Shown piece after piece: positions 39,262 through 50,298 of a DNA stretch of 64,000 nucleotides. Numbering within the stretch: position 1 is the stretch's first letter; the number at the start of each line of letters is the position of its first letter. Position numbers and translations under genes: made by a program. The notes beneath the pieces are model-generated. The model was not told where the DNA came from and made no database searches. It saw nothing but the letters and a program-made list of their open reading frames with translations. This DNA comes from Pirellulales bacterium (GTDB taxonomy: Bacteria; Planctomycetota; Planctomycetia; Pirellulales; PALSA-1355): contig CAVTBU010000005.1 of assembly GCA_963733035.1 (NCBI GenBank), positions 2,656,001-2,720,000 of the forward strand. Reading direction: 5' to 3'.

Positions 39262-41295
39262 ATGCTCGTTTCCTGGGACTGGCTGAAACAATACGTCAAG
39301 CTCGACATGACGCCCGACGAGGCGGCCGAGCGGTTGATGATGGCCGGCCTCAACCACGAAGATACGCACGCCGTCGGCAACGATTTGGCGATCAACCTGG
39401 AGGTGACCAGCAACCGCCCCGATTGCCTGGGACATATCGGCGTCGCGCGCGAGATTTCGGTGCTGTGGAACCTGCCGCTTACGCTGCCGAAGGCGGACCC
39501 AAAATCTGGAGGCGAGGCCGTCGCGAAGCTGACCCAAGTGCAGGTCGATGATTCGGCGGCCTGCCCCCGTTATACAGCTCGCGTGATTCGAGGGGTGAAG
39601 ATTGCCCCTAGCCCAGCCTGGCTCGTCAATCGTCTGGCCACGGTGGGCATTGGTTCGATCAACAATGTGGTCGACATCACGAACTACGTGCTACTGGAAT
39701 GCGGTCAACCGTTGCACGCTTTTGACCTGGCAAAGCTAGCCGGCGGGCAGATTGTCGTGCGGGCAGCGCGCGACGGCGAGGAGTTTCTGGCGATCAACCA
39801 CAAGTCCTATACGCTCGATCCCTCGGTCTGTGTTATCGCCGATGCCGAGCGAGCCGTCGGCCTGGGCGGCGTGATGGGGGGCGCCGATACGGAAGTCTCC
39901 GACAAGACAATTGACTTGCTGATCGAAAGCGCGCAATTCGACCCGCTCTCAATTCGCGGCACGGCCCGCAAGCTCAACCTGCATAGTGATTCGTCGTATC
40001 GCTTCGAGCGGGGCGTCGACCCGCAAGGCGTCGATTGGGCCAGCCGCCGCTGCTGCGAATTGATTCTGGAACTCGCCGGTGGCACCTTGGCCAAAGGCGT
40101 GATCGATGTGGGCGAGAAACCGACCGCCCGAGAACCAGTCACGCTTCGCTTCGGTCAGCTCAAGCGAGTCCTGGGCATCGACGTGGACCCGCCCGAAGCG
40201 CGGCGGATTCTCACGGCGCTGGGCAATCGGGAACTCGCTCACGACCCGCAGCGGGTGGAAGTGATTCCGCCGTCGTGGCGGCGCGATCTTACGCGAGAAA
40301 TCGACCTGGTCGAGGAAGTTGCCCGGATTCACGGATACGACAAGATTCCCGAGGACGTGAGCGTGCCGATGGCACCCAGTCATCGCACGCAAATTGATCG
40401 CGTGCTGGGCAAGGTCCGTCAGGCGCTGTGTGCCGCGGGATTCGACGAAGCCATGACCCTCAGCGCTGTCGAGGAGAACTGGTCCTCGGCATTCAGCCCC
40501 TGGACCGATGCCCCGCCGTTGCGAGCCTCGACTCCCGTATTGCGCCGGGCAGATCGACTGCGGCGCAGCGTGGTGCCCAGCCTGCTGGGAGCGCGACAGA
40601 CGAATGAGTCGCTTGCAAATCCCCGGATCGAGCTTTTCGAGTCGGCGCACGTCTACCTGCCGCGAGACCGGGGAGAGCTTCCGGCCGAAGAATTGATGAT
40701 TGCCCTCACCAGCGGCGGAGACTATTTGAGCGTCAAGGGTGTGATCGAAGGCGTGCTCGCCGCGCTCAATCCGGCCGCCGAACTGGAAGCCTCGCCCACC
40801 AGGCAGCCACTGCTCGACGTGCAGCGCAGTGCCGAACTTTATGTTCGCCCCCCAGGCACCGAACGCATCCTGTTGGGCTACTTGGGCGAAGTCGGCCCGG
40901 CCGGGCTCAAACAGTTTGACTTGCGCGGCGCAACCACCGTGGCCGAACTCAAACTCGCGACACTGGTGGCCGTAGCTCGGCTTGTACCGCAGTACCGTCA
41001 GCCGCCGGTCTTCCCGGCCGTCTCACGCGACCTGAATCTTGTCGTCGACGAGCGCGTGTTGTGGGACGAGGTGTCAAACACAGTCCGTGAGGCGGCCCAG
41101 CCCCATGTTGAGAACGTCGAATTGCAGGATGTGTATCGCGATCCCGAACGATTGGGCCGCGGCAAGAAAAGTCTGCTATTAGCGCTGACATTGCGGTCTG
41201 CCAGCGGAACACTCACCGGCGAAGAGGCCGACGCCGTGCAAGCGCGTGTCGTGGCCGCGTGCGAAAAATCCCACGGCGCCCAACTGCGGGCGTGA
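39262..41295 (+). CDS. pheT: Phenylalanine-tRNA ligase beta subunit (short form lacking the B2 OB-fold)
   Basis: NRPDCLG, NNVVDITNY, GQPLHAFD, SYRFERG, DLVEEVARIHGY, C-terminal FDX-ACB (RDLNLVV...TLT). Confidence 0.95.
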   Translation: MLVSWDWLKQYVKLDMTPDEAAERLMMAGLNHEDTHAVGNDLAINLEVTSNRPDCLGHIGVAREISVLWNLPLTLPKADPKSGGEAVAKLTQVQVDDSAACPRYTARVIRGVKIAPSPAWLVNRLATVGIGSINNVVDITNYVLLECGQPLHAFDLAKLAGGQIVVRAARDGEEFLAINHKSYTLDPSVCVIADAERAVGLGGVMGGADTEVSDKTIDLLIESAQFDPLSIRGTARKLNLHSDSSYRFERGVDPQGVDWASRRCCELILELAGGTLAKGVIDVGEKPTAREPVTLRFGQLKRVLGIDVDPPEARRILTALGNRELAHDPQRVEVIPPSWRRDLTREIDLVEEVARIHGYDKIPEDVSVPMAPSHRTQIDRVLGKVRQALCAAGFDEAMTLSAVEENWSSAFSPWTDAPPLRASTPVLRRADRLRRSVVPSLLGARQTNESLANPRIELFESAHVYLPRDRGELPAEELMIALTSGGDYLSVKGVIEGVLAALNPAAELEASPTRQPLLDVQRSAELYVRPPGTERILLGYLGEVGPAGLKQFDLRGATTVAELKLATLVAVARLVPQYRQPPVFPAVSRDLNLVVDERVLWDEVSNTVREAAQPHVENVELQDVYRDPERLGRGKKSLLLALTLRSASGTLTGEEADAVQARVVAACEKSHGAQLRA

Positions 41296-41494
41296 TCCCC
41301 GACGCCAGCAGCGACATCGGCGACCACCAACTCCTGGTGGATTCCGCCGCCACAGCCGACAATTCCCTTACAACCTTGCTCCGCCGCGCCACCGTCAGCT
41401 ATGCTGAAATAGAGCGGGAGTTCGCTGGTCGGCGGTCTCCCTCTCGACTCCGTCACTGAGGTCGAGGCAGCCAAGCGCCGCGAGGTGGTCGTTG

Positions 41495-43303
41495 ATGAAC
41501 GGATTGAAACTGCTCGCCGTATGCGTTTTGCTCGCGACCGCCGCCGGGGCGTACGTGCAAGCCGCCGAACCGGCCGAACTGGCCGCCGAACGCCAACTCG
41601 ACGAGTTGATCGAACAATTGGGCGATCCGCAGTTCGCAATCCGTCAACGGGCCCAAGAGCGGCTCGTCAAATTGGGGTTCGACGCCTTCGACGCGCTTGT
41701 CAAGGCTGAGCAACATCCCGACCCCGAAGTCGCGATGCAGGCGGCCTATCTCGTCCGGCAGATTCGCTCGGGCTGGACTCGCGAAAGCGATCCGCGGCAG
41801 ATCCAAGAGATTCTCAAGGACTACGAGGTTCTGAGTGACGACGAGCGGTTGGCAAAAATCAAGGAGCTTGCGGAACTAGACAACGACGGTGGGCTGAAAT
41901 GGCTCTGCCGCCTGGTGCGATTCGAAAAGTCGCCAATTCTTTCCAAGCAAGCCGCGCTGGCCATCATGGAGCACGCGCCGGCCGACGAAACAGCCTGGGT
42001 GCGTCGTAGCGATACGATTCGCGCGGAATTGCAGCGCGCGCGCCGCCCCGCCGCAAGATGGCTGGAAGTCTATCTCGACGCTCGCAGCGACCCAGCAGGC
42101 GCCTTGGCGCCGTGGTCGGAATTGGCCGCAGCCGAACAACAAACTCTTGCGCAACATCCGCAAGAATCGAACAGCCAAGTGGTGATAGCTCTGCTCAAGC
42201 GCGAGGTCGATTTGTTCGATCGATTGGGCCGTCAGGACGAAACTGGCGACGTGATGCGGCAAATGGTCTTGGCTGAACGCGGCGACTCCGATTCGCTGGG
42301 CGAGCTCATCGATTGGCTCGTCAAGCGCCAGGCGTGGGATGTCGTCGATCAGGTGGCGGAACGCTTCTCGGCCAGCTTCGAAGTCGATGCCGTGCTGATG
42401 TACACCCTCTGCGAGGCTCGGTTGGCCCAGGGTAAAACCAAACTCGCCGAGGAGACGGCCAAACGAGCGCTTGAGATTCACGGCGACAGTCAACAGGACC
42501 ATGTGCTGTTGGCCAATCGCCTGGGTGACCGAGGCCTCGCGCGGTGGGCCGATCGCGAATGGGAATTCGCGATTGAACTGGGGCCCACGGGCACGCAGTG
42601 GGACATTGCCGCCCGCAAGCTGCTAGCCAATAGCCATCACGACCGTCAGGAAGACCGACAAGCTGGCGACTTGATCAAGGACCTGCTCGACTCGGCGGAA
42701 CAAGACAATAGTATCATGCAGAGGATCCGCGCAGCACAGGCGCAACAACGATTCGAGGCCAGCATCAACTCATTGCGGTCCGACATGCTGTTCTATTACG
42801 CCTGCGAGGCCGCGGCCGACGGCGACACCAAAAAGCAACGTGAAATGCTCGAGGAGTCTCTCGACCAGAATCGCGCGAACATCGAAGCACTCATCGCGCT
42901 GTATCAGGTCACGTCCGATGACCGCAAGATCCGCGACGAACTGACGCAATGGAGCCGGGAGTTCATCGAGCTCTGCCGAGGGCATATCGAGGACGAGCCG
43001 GAAAATCCAACCTACTACAATCAGATCGCCTGGTTGGTGGCCAACACCGAGGGGGATGTCGAGGAAGCCATCGAACTCTCGCAGAAATCAGTCGAGCTGG
43101 CACGAAGTCAAGGCGATCCACCACTTCGGCTGGGAGGGCTCTACGACACGCTGGCACATTGTTACTTCGCCAAGAAAGATTACGCCGCCGCGGTCAAAAC
43201 GCAGGAAGAGGCAGTCCGGCTCGACCCTCACACGCACTCGATCCGCCGGGCACTGGGCAAGTTCCGTGAGGCCTTGGCGAAACAGCAGGCCAAGAACTCG
43301 TAG
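41495..43303 (+). CDS. Exported TPR/HEAT-repeat protein
   Basis: Signal peptide, LIEQLGDPQFAIRQRAQ HEAT-like start, YNQIAWLVA and YDTLAHCYF TPR motifs. Confidence 0.8.
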   Translation: MNGLKLLAVCVLLATAAGAYVQAAEPAELAAERQLDELIEQLGDPQFAIRQRAQERLVKLGFDAFDALVKAEQHPDPEVAMQAAYLVRQIRSGWTRESDPRQIQEILKDYEVLSDDERLAKIKELAELDNDGGLKWLCRLVRFEKSPILSKQAALAIMEHAPADETAWVRRSDTIRAELQRARRPAARWLEVYLDARSDPAGALAPWSELAAAEQQTLAQHPQESNSQVVIALLKREVDLFDRLGRQDETGDVMRQMVLAERGDSDSLGELIDWLVKRQAWDVVDQVAERFSASFEVDAVLMYTLCEARLAQGKTKLAEETAKRALEIHGDSQQDHVLLANRLGDRGLARWADREWEFAIELGPTGTQWDIAARKLLANSHHDRQEDRQAGDLIKDLLDSAEQDNSIMQRIRAAQAQQRFEASINSLRSDMLFYYACEAAADGDTKKQREMLEESLDQNRANIEALIALYQVTSDDRKIRDELTQWSREFIELCRGHIEDEPENPTYYNQIAWLVANTEGDVEEAIELSQKSVELARSQGDPPLRLGGLYDTLAHCYFAKKDYAAAVKTQEEAVRLDPHTHSIRRALGKFREALAKQQAKNS

Positions 43304-43357
43304 AGCCGCGCCCGAGTTCCTGGCTGCCAGGAGTCGGATTTGCACCAGGAGGACAGC

Positions 43358-44202
43358 ATGTTCAAGAAGGACGACAAAGCTGCGCCGAGGGGCTGATACG
43401 CATCGTCCACGCCGCTGGCGCCAAATTCCAGGTTCTTGATCGCGGCACCGGGCAGCCCGTCGTGCTCGTACACGGGTTTCCACTCGATCATTCGATGTGG
43501 GACAACCAAATTGAGCCGTTGGCCAAGCGGCACCGCGTGATCGCGCTCGACTTGCGCGGATTCGGCGGCAGCCAAGTCACTCCCGGCGTGGTGACCATGG
43601 AGCAAATGGCCAACGACGTGGCCGCCGTGCTCGATGCGTTGAAAGTCGACGAACCGATCGTGCTGTGCGGACTTTCAATGGGCGGCTACGTGGCCTTTGA
43701 ATTCTGGCAAAAGTACGGCCCGCGGCTGCGCGGACTTGTGCTTTGCGACACCCGGGCCAAGGGCGATACCCCCGAGGGATCGCGAGGACGTCACGAGCTA
43801 GCTGATCGAATTCTGGCCGAAGGAAATGTTCCGCTGGCGGATGCAATGATTCCGAAGCTGTTTGCACCGGCAACGCTCGATCTGCACTCCGCAATGACGG
43901 CCATCCAGCGCGACCGCATCCTGGCGACTTCGCCTGAAGGCGCGGCAGCCGCGCTACGCGGGATGGCCGTTCGCGAAGATTTCCACAAGTTGCTTGCTTT
44001 TATAGCGCTGCCCACCTTGGTGATCGTCGGCGAACAGGATGCCATTTCGACGGTTTCCGACATGCGATCCCTTGCCGCCGCCATACCAAACGCCAGGCTT
44101 GTGATCATTCCACACGCCGGGCACATGACCCCGCTGGAAAACGCCGTCGCTTTCCAAACCGCGCTCGACCAATTCCTTGCTAGCCTCGGTCCGACGGTTT
44201 AG
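43358..44202 (+). CDS. Alpha/beta hydrolase (PcaD-like); apparent 1-nt deletion at ~43384
   Basis: AGGAGG SD then ATG 43358 (MFKKDDKA), joining frame ...LVHGFPLDH, GLSMGG, GHMTPLE after one missing base. Confidence 0.82.
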
Positions 44203-44269
44203 GCCCTGACTTGCGGCGGAGCCCTCGGTGGAAACAGCGCCCGCATCGAACCGCGGGACCGTGACGACT

Positions 44270-44809
44270 CTACGGTACTTCGAACAGCGACTGGCTCTTT
44301 ACAATCGCATAGTCGTCCGGAAACGTATGAAACGCCTGCACCAACAGGCTGCGATTACGGGCTTCCAGGTTAATGTAACTGAGGGCGCCGAGGGCCATCC
44401 GACCGCTGGAATCAAAGCGGTGCAGCATGCCCTGATGCCCGACGTCGCCCGCTAATTCCTGTTGGAAGGTCCAAAAGACTTCCGGTTCGACCGGTTCGAG
44501 TTGAAAGTTCACCCGGTAGCGCGCGCCACCTCGGCAATCGACCTGATCGGTCCCCTCGCCCTTAAGTCGGCAGGAAATCAACCGTCGCTTCTGCGGCAAC
44601 GGATGATGCGCACTGGTGGCTACTTCCGTCAGCGTCAGCCCCTGATAACGCCAAGTGACAACGTGCCCGGCGCTGGTGATGTTCACCGTCGCCTCGTAAT
44701 CACCGCGCTGAACCGTCCGCGTGCTATACACCTTGAACAGTTCCGGGTGCAGAGCCCGGCCGTAAAGTTGAAACACCAGTTCAGCGACTTTCGGCCTAAC
44801 GGAGAGCAC
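44270..44809 (-). CDS. DUF2617-like protein
   Basis: RPKVAELVFQLYGRALHPELF, QAFHTFPDDYAIVKSQSLFE. Confidence 0.7.
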   Translation of the reverse strand: MLSVRPKVAELVFQLYGRALHPELFKVYSTRTVQRGDYEATVNITSAGHVVTWRYQGLTLTEVATSAHHPLPQKRRLISCRLKGEGTDQVDCRGGARYRVNFQLEPVEPEVFWTFQQELAGDVGHQGMLHRFDSSGRMALGALSYINLEARNRSLLVQAFHTFPDDYAIVKSQSLFEVP

Positions 44810-45170
44810 AGCACAGAACTCCTAGGAACGACCAAGGGGGGAGAGCGACGTGTGTCTGGCTCACATTATAAGCTCGCTCAACAGGCCGACAAAGAGACTT
44901 TTTCGCAGCGCACGATGGCGCCAGATTTGCGTCTTGACATGACGCCCGCGCGACGCTCGACATGGACACGTCGCTGCTAGCACAAGCCATCGATTCAGGA
45001 AGGAAATTCCGACTTATTTGCCATGCGCAATGGTCCTCGCCACCGCAGAAGCGTCCGCCCCGTTGCCACTTTGTTCGCAAGCGACGTCGCACGTAGCAAT
45101 ATTTCTGCAGCAACAGCATCAATAGCTGGTCGAGCCGCGACCGTTCAATGGTCACGTGTCGTGGTGCGAC

Positions 45171-45959
45171 TTACACCACGCTGACAAGAATATCGTAAAG
45201 CGCGTGCGTGCCGGCGGCGATTCCAAAGCCGCGGAAAACGAAGAGCACCGCGAACAGTGCCCCGGCGGTAAAACGAAACAGGAACGTGAACGCGTCAAAT
45301 GCATCGCCATGTGGGCCGACGTAGTGTGCGGCGGAGAAAATCAGGCTGGTCAAGATTACCACGCCCGCGATGCAGAACTCCCGTGGCGCCCGCAACCGTC
45401 GTGCCAGGAAAGCCAAGGGTGGCACCAACATCAGCCGAAACAACATCTCTTCGTAGACGCCCGCTCCGACGTACCCCAGCATCCGGGCCAGGAACGCGCC
45501 GCGTCCGGCCATTTCAAAAGGCATCGCCATCGTCACGCCGTCGGGCACACTTGGCAGCGCGCTGGCCGCAACCATGCCTTCGATGCGCGCCACGCCCACC
45601 AGCAATAACCCCAGTAGGGCGCTTTCCAATAGCATGCCGTAAACCACGCCGGCCGAGAGCCGCCACCGTTCGCGCGTCATGTGATGCCAGGCCAGGAGCA
45701 TCCCCACGGTCAGTGCGGGGAGTAAAAGGTACTGCGAGAAGCCAAGCGAATCGAGGAACTGCCGCAGCCATACGTCGGCGCCGTTTCGAACGGCCTGAGC
45801 GCCCAGAATGATGACGCCCCCTTCGTAGAGCAGCAACAGTGGCACGACGAATGCCAGGCTCGCCAGCGGCCGTCGCGATTGGCGCAGGTAGTTATCAAAC
45901 GGGCTGGATAAAGCCGCGCTACTGGTGCTCGACTTGGCAGCAGCACTCCTAACCGGCAT
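45171..45959 (-). CDS. CPBP-family intramembrane glutamic endopeptidase
   Basis: YEEMLFR (EExxxR), FSAAHY, GTHALYD; multiple TM segments. Confidence 0.88.
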   Translation of the reverse strand: MPVRSAAAKSSTSSAALSSPFDNYLRQSRRPLASLAFVVPLLLLYEGGVIILGAQAVRNGADVWLRQFLDSLGFSQYLLLPALTVGMLLAWHHMTRERWRLSAGVVYGMLLESALLGLLLVGVARIEGMVAASALPSVPDGVTMAMPFEMAGRGAFLARMLGYVGAGVYEEMLFRLMLVPPLAFLARRLRAPREFCIAGVVILTSLIFSAAHYVGPHGDAFDAFTFLFRFTAGALFAVLFVFRGFGIAAGTHALYDILVSVV

Positions 45960-46193
45960 AAGACGTCTCGTTTCACATTGCTCGGCTGCATCACAGTCCA
46001 GGATCCTTCTGGAACCCAATTTAGCTTGTCGACCCCGTCGCGCTCGTCGCTTCACCCGCGGTGCGATCGTGTCAGTCGAACCGACCCGAGAAAGCAGAAC
46101 GCGGCCTCAAACGAGCGGATTGCGCAGGCTGTAACGAACGACCGGAAGAGCCAGGGGGAGACGGGGCAAGCCGAGCCGCTGTTCGCAACCAAC

Positions 46194-47375
46194 TCAGCTT
46201 TCGGTCAATCCGGCGGGCGACATTTCACCTAGATGGTAGAACGCCAGCGCCACAATGGCATACACAGCCAACAGCATCACGCCTTCCAACCAATGGCTCT
46301 CGCCGTCCTGTGCCACGAGCGCGAGCACGGCGATCGACACGATGACAGCCACGATTTCCATCAGCGTGAAGTGCAAATCGAGTGGTTGCTCGTGCCACAT
46401 CAACATACTGGCGAATACCAGCACGGGGGCAACAAACAAGGCGATTTGAATGCCGCTTCCCACGGCGATGTTTACGGCCAGGTCCATCTTGTTCTTGAGC
46501 GCCATCAACACCGCCGTGGAATGCTCCGCGGCGTTGCCCACAATTGCCACCACAATCACTCCCACAAACACGCGGCTCATTCCCAGCTCGCGCGCGGCCG
46601 CCTCGACCGACCCAACGAGCATCTCAGCCACGATGGCCACCCCAACGGTTGACACCGTCAGCACCGCGAGGGCGTAGGGGCGCGACCAATGGGAATCGTC
46701 ATCTTGTGGATCTTGCGAGGTCGTGTCGGACCCTGCTTCGCCGTCGAACAACCTGCGATGCGTGACAAACATGAATACCAGACTCAGCACATACACCAAC
46801 GCAAGGATGGCGGCGATCTCCTCGCTCAAGAACTCAACCGTGGCCATCTGTCCCGCGTCCAGCGGTCGCGCAGCCGCGAACACGTAGTAATACAGCGTCG
46901 GCATGATCAAGCCGATCGTGGCTAGCGCGAGTAACGTGGCCCCCATGCTGGCAGCCTGGGAGTTGAAATGCTGGAATTGATATCGAATGCCGCCGACGGT
47001 AATCGACAAACCCAACACCAAGAGCAGGTTGCAAATAATCGAGCCGGTGATCGAGGCCTTAACCAGGGGATACATCTCGGGACCTTCCCACAGGGCCACG
47101 AGCGCGATAATCAGTTCGGCTGCGTTGCCAAAGCTGGCATTGAGCAATCCGCCAATCCCGCTGCCAAGCGTCGCAGCCAGACTCTCGGTCGCGCGGCCCA
47201 TTAGCCCCGCCAGCGGCACGACCGCTAACGCCGAAGCGAGAAACACCCACAGGTCGTCCCTACCGGCAATTCGCAGCGCCAGCGCCAAGGGAAAAGCAAC
47301 CAACAGGCCATCGAGCGGGTGCTCGACCATCCACCGTTTCACTTTGATGAACCAGGATCCCGATGCGCTGGACAT
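46194..47375 (-). CDS. cax: Calcium/proton exchanger (CAX/ChaA family)
   Basis: GNAAE motif twice, [25 protein letters not shown]. Confidence 0.92.
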   Translation of the reverse strand: MSSASGSWFIKVKRWMVEHPLDGLLVAFPLALALRIAGRDDLWVFLASALAVVPLAGLMGRATESLAATLGSGIGGLLNASFGNAAELIIALVALWEGPEMYPLVKASITGSIICNLLLVLGLSITVGGIRYQFQHFNSQAASMGATLLALATIGLIMPTLYYYVFAAARPLDAGQMATVEFLSEEIAAILALVYVLSLVFMFVTHRRLFDGEAGSDTTSQDPQDDDSHWSRPYALAVLTVSTVGVAIVAEMLVGSVEAAARELGMSRVFVGVIVVAIVGNAAEHSTAVLMALKNKMDLAVNIAVGSGIQIALFVAPVLVFASMLMWHEQPLDLHFTLMEIVAVIVSIAVLALVAQDGESHWLEGVMLLAVYAIVALAFYHLGEMSPAGLTES

Positions 47376-47441
47376 TTGCGCGGCCCTCCATGTTGCGAGT
47401 CGGCGGGCTCATCGTATCCCGGTCGGCCGACGTGGCAAGCC

Positions 47442-48059
47442 CTAGCACTCGCAGATCTCGCGAGTCGCGAGCACGTGAGATCCTTCCCATAGCAGGTAGG
47501 CGGCTATCACCAGCCCTGCCAGCGGATCTGCCTGCCACCAGCCGGCCCAGTAGTTCAGCCCCGCCCCCATCAACAACGCCACCGACAGCATGGAACAAGC
47601 CAAGGTTTGCTTCGAGTCAGCCGACAGACTTGCGCTGCCGATAGCTTGCGCGATGTGGCGCTTCCAAAAGTAGAGTGTTGGCATCACGATCAGCGACAGC
47701 GTAGCAATAATCAAAGCTGCCAGCGACGGCTCCGCTTGCTCACTTGTCCAGAGAGATGCTACCGACTCGTAAACGACATAGATGGCCAGCACAACGAGCG
47801 ACAAACCAACCAGACGCGCGGCGCGGTGTTCACGCTCCGGCGCACCCTGAGGCCGCCAAAAGCGCCACGCCATCACCGCGCCCGAGAATGATTCGACGAC
47901 GCTGTCGGCCCCAAATCCCAAGAGGGCCGAACTATCGCGCAGCGACGCGAAGTAGATTGACGCGGCGCCTTCCGCCAGATTGTAGGCAACCGTGAACAGC
48001 GACAGATATAGCGCCGCGCGCCCGTGACCCGCAATCGTCCTGCCGAGAGAATCGCCCAT
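47442..48059 (-). CDS. Cation transporter (CDF transmembrane-domain-only type)
   Basis: [30 protein letters not shown]. Confidence 0.8.
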   Translation of the reverse strand: MGDSLGRTIAGHGRAALYLSLFTVAYNLAEGAASIYFASLRDSSALLGFGADSVVESFSGAVMAWRFWRPQGAPEREHRAARLVGLSLVVLAIYVVYESVASLWTSEQAEPSLAALIIATLSLIVMPTLYFWKRHIAQAIGSASLSADSKQTLACSMLSVALLMGAGLNYWAGWWQADPLAGLVIAAYLLWEGSHVLATREICEC

Positions 48060-48165
48060 CGAATCCCATTCTAGCAGTCCGCTCCACCGTTTTTGGCCGC
48101 CCTTGCCTCGATCTCACCAATAGTGTACATTTGTATCGATATCCAGGGTTTGAGAGAACTTGCGC

Positions 48166-49251
48166 ATGTCCTGCTCTTCCGGACAACCCATGCCGACAGG
48201 CCGCGCCGCGGGCGTCAATCCCGCAAATCGCTTCGAGCATGTTCACCTCCAGGAAGACTTCGAACAGCTCGATCCGGCCGAGCCGCTGGCGGAAAGTGTG
48301 CGGCTACCGACGCAGTTCCTACCGGACCATAGTCGAACGGTCATCTCGCACAACGAAAGTCCGGACGTGCCGTTTCGCTACAGCATCAATCCATATCGCG
48401 GCTGTGAGCATGGCTGTGCCTATTGCTACGCCAGACCCGGCCACGAATACCTGGGCATGAACGCCGGGTTGGATTTCGAATCGCGGATTCTTGTCAAGCA
48501 CGACATTGCCGAGCGGCTGCGAGCCGAGTTGGCCGAGCCTGATTGGCAGGGCGAGCTTATCGCGGTTTCCGGCGTGACCGATTGCTATCAACCGGCCGAA
48601 CGGCGGTTTCGTCTGACACGGGCTTGTTTGGAAATCATGCTCGAGACACGACAACCGCTGGGCATCGTCACCAAGAACGCGTTGGTAACGCGCGATCTCG
48701 ACCTGTTGGTGCCGCTGGCGGAAAAAAATCTGATCCACGTCTACGTCAGCCTGACGACGCTCGACGCGGAACTGGCGCGAGCCATGGAACCGCGCACGGC
48801 AACACCCATGGCCCGACTGCGAGCGATTCGAGAGCTTTCCGCGGCCGGAGTGCCCACGGGCGTGATGACGTCACCGGTCATCCCGGGATTGAATGATCAA
48901 GAGCTGCCCGCTCTGTTGGCCGCGGCCAAACAGTCTGGCGCGCAAGCGGCCAGTTGCATCCTGTTGCGACTTCCAATGGCCGTGCGACCGGTGTTCGAAG
49001 AATGGATCAATCGAGCTTATCCAGACAAGGCAAGTCGCGTCTTGGCACTGGTGCGCGAGACACGCGGAGGTCGAATGAACGATGCGAGGTTCGGTAGCCG
49101 CATGCGAGGCGAAGGCAACTATGCACAAGGTATTGCCGAAACCTTCCAGCTCTTTCGCAAGAGACATGGCCTCGACCGACCTTTACGGCCGCTCGATCAT
49201 TCGCAGTTCAACCCGCCGCAGCCCACCACTGGGCAACTGCGGCTGTTTTAG
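48166..49251 (+). CDS. PA0069/Rv2578c-family radical SAM protein (spore photoproduct lyase-like)
   Basis: NPYRGCEHGCAYCYAR, TDCYQPAE, IVTKN, GQLRLF C-terminus. Confidence 0.9.
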   Translation: MSCSSGQPMPTGRAAGVNPANRFEHVHLQEDFEQLDPAEPLAESVRLPTQFLPDHSRTVISHNESPDVPFRYSINPYRGCEHGCAYCYARPGHEYLGMNAGLDFESRILVKHDIAERLRAELAEPDWQGELIAVSGVTDCYQPAERRFRLTRACLEIMLETRQPLGIVTKNALVTRDLDLLVPLAEKNLIHVYVSLTTLDAELARAMEPRTATPMARLRAIRELSAAGVPTGVMTSPVIPGLNDQELPALLAAAKQSGAQAASCILLRLPMAVRPVFEEWINRAYPDKASRVLALVRETRGGRMNDARFGSRMRGEGNYAQGIAETFQLFRKRHGLDRPLRPLDHSQFNPPQPTTGQLRLF

Positions 49252-49373
49252 CTATTCGGCCACACGCGAGGTGGCGAAATGGCACCACATTCGCGACAAT
49301 CTGCCAAGATGGTTGTGCTCGTAGCGAATGCGCTCCCATCGGCTTCCGTCTCGCCGTTTCTTGGATCCTCCGT

Positions 49374-50165
49374 ATGTCATCCAACACCTCCGCGATCGAA
49401 ACCGCCGGGCCCTGGCGAAACGTCCACGGGCTGCGAGTGCGCGAAGTCCAGTATCGCGCCGGAAGCCAGCAACTTCGTCATCGCCACGCCGAGCCAGGAC
49501 TATCACTTGTGTTGGCTGGGTCGCTGGAAGAGAAGTCGCGCGAGGCGACCATTCATGCCGAGGCAGGTTCGCTCGTGATCAAACCGGCGGGCTATTGGCA
49601 TGCCGACGCCTACGGTCCGCGGGGTGCCCGCGTGGTACAAGTTTCGCCAGCGGACAAAAGCGCATGTTGGAGCGACTTCGGCTGGGCGTACCGATGGCAA
49701 GACGCCCCTCGACTCGTGCGCCATGTGTTAGCCCTGTGGCGCGGGAGGCCCCGGGCAGGCGAAGGAACTGAACTTGCTTTCTGGGAAACGCTCGAGACGA
49801 TGCTCCCCTCGATCTCGAATTGGCAATCGACGCGGTCGCCGGCCTGGTGGCGCGATGCGCTGGACCTGCTCGACGCAGCGGCAGCTTCGCCAGTTTCCGT
49901 GTCGGATGTGGCCCACAAGGTCGGAGTACACCCGGTCCACCTGGCCCGGGTCTGCCGCCGCCAGCTAGGATGCAGTGTGCGGCAGTATTTACTTCAACGC
50001 CGGACGCTCAGCGCCTGGCGCGCTTGCGAACGTGGCACCGACTCGCTGGCGGCCATTGCCGCGCGGGTCGGCTTCGCCGATCAGGCGCACATGACGCGGA
50101 CGTTCACGAAGCTGCTCGGCATTTCTCCAGCAAAGCTGCGACAAGCGATGCGCGCAACGAATTGA
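49374..50165 (+). CDS. AraC-family transcriptional regulator (cupin + HTH)
   Basis: HRH cupin, GVHPVHLAR, GFADQAHMTRTF. Confidence 0.92.
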   Translation: MSSNTSAIETAGPWRNVHGLRVREVQYRAGSQQLRHRHAEPGLSLVLAGSLEEKSREATIHAEAGSLVIKPAGYWHADAYGPRGARVVQVSPADKSACWSDFGWAYRWQDAPRLVRHVLALWRGRPRAGEGTELAFWETLETMLPSISNWQSTRSPAWWRDALDLLDAAAASPVSVSDVAHKVGVHPVHLARVCRRQLGCSVRQYLLQRRTLSAWRACERGTDSLAAIAARVGFADQAHMTRTFTKLLGISPAKLRQAMRATN

Positions 50166-50298
50166 ACACCGTCAGGCGATCGCGGCCGAAGTTGCGTCTG
50201 TTCAAGACGCTGCCGCGGTGCCCTGCCAGAATACGGCAACTAGACATGGGCCATCCCCCTGCGGTTCGCCAGTTTCTCACACAACAAGGGTTTTCGCC

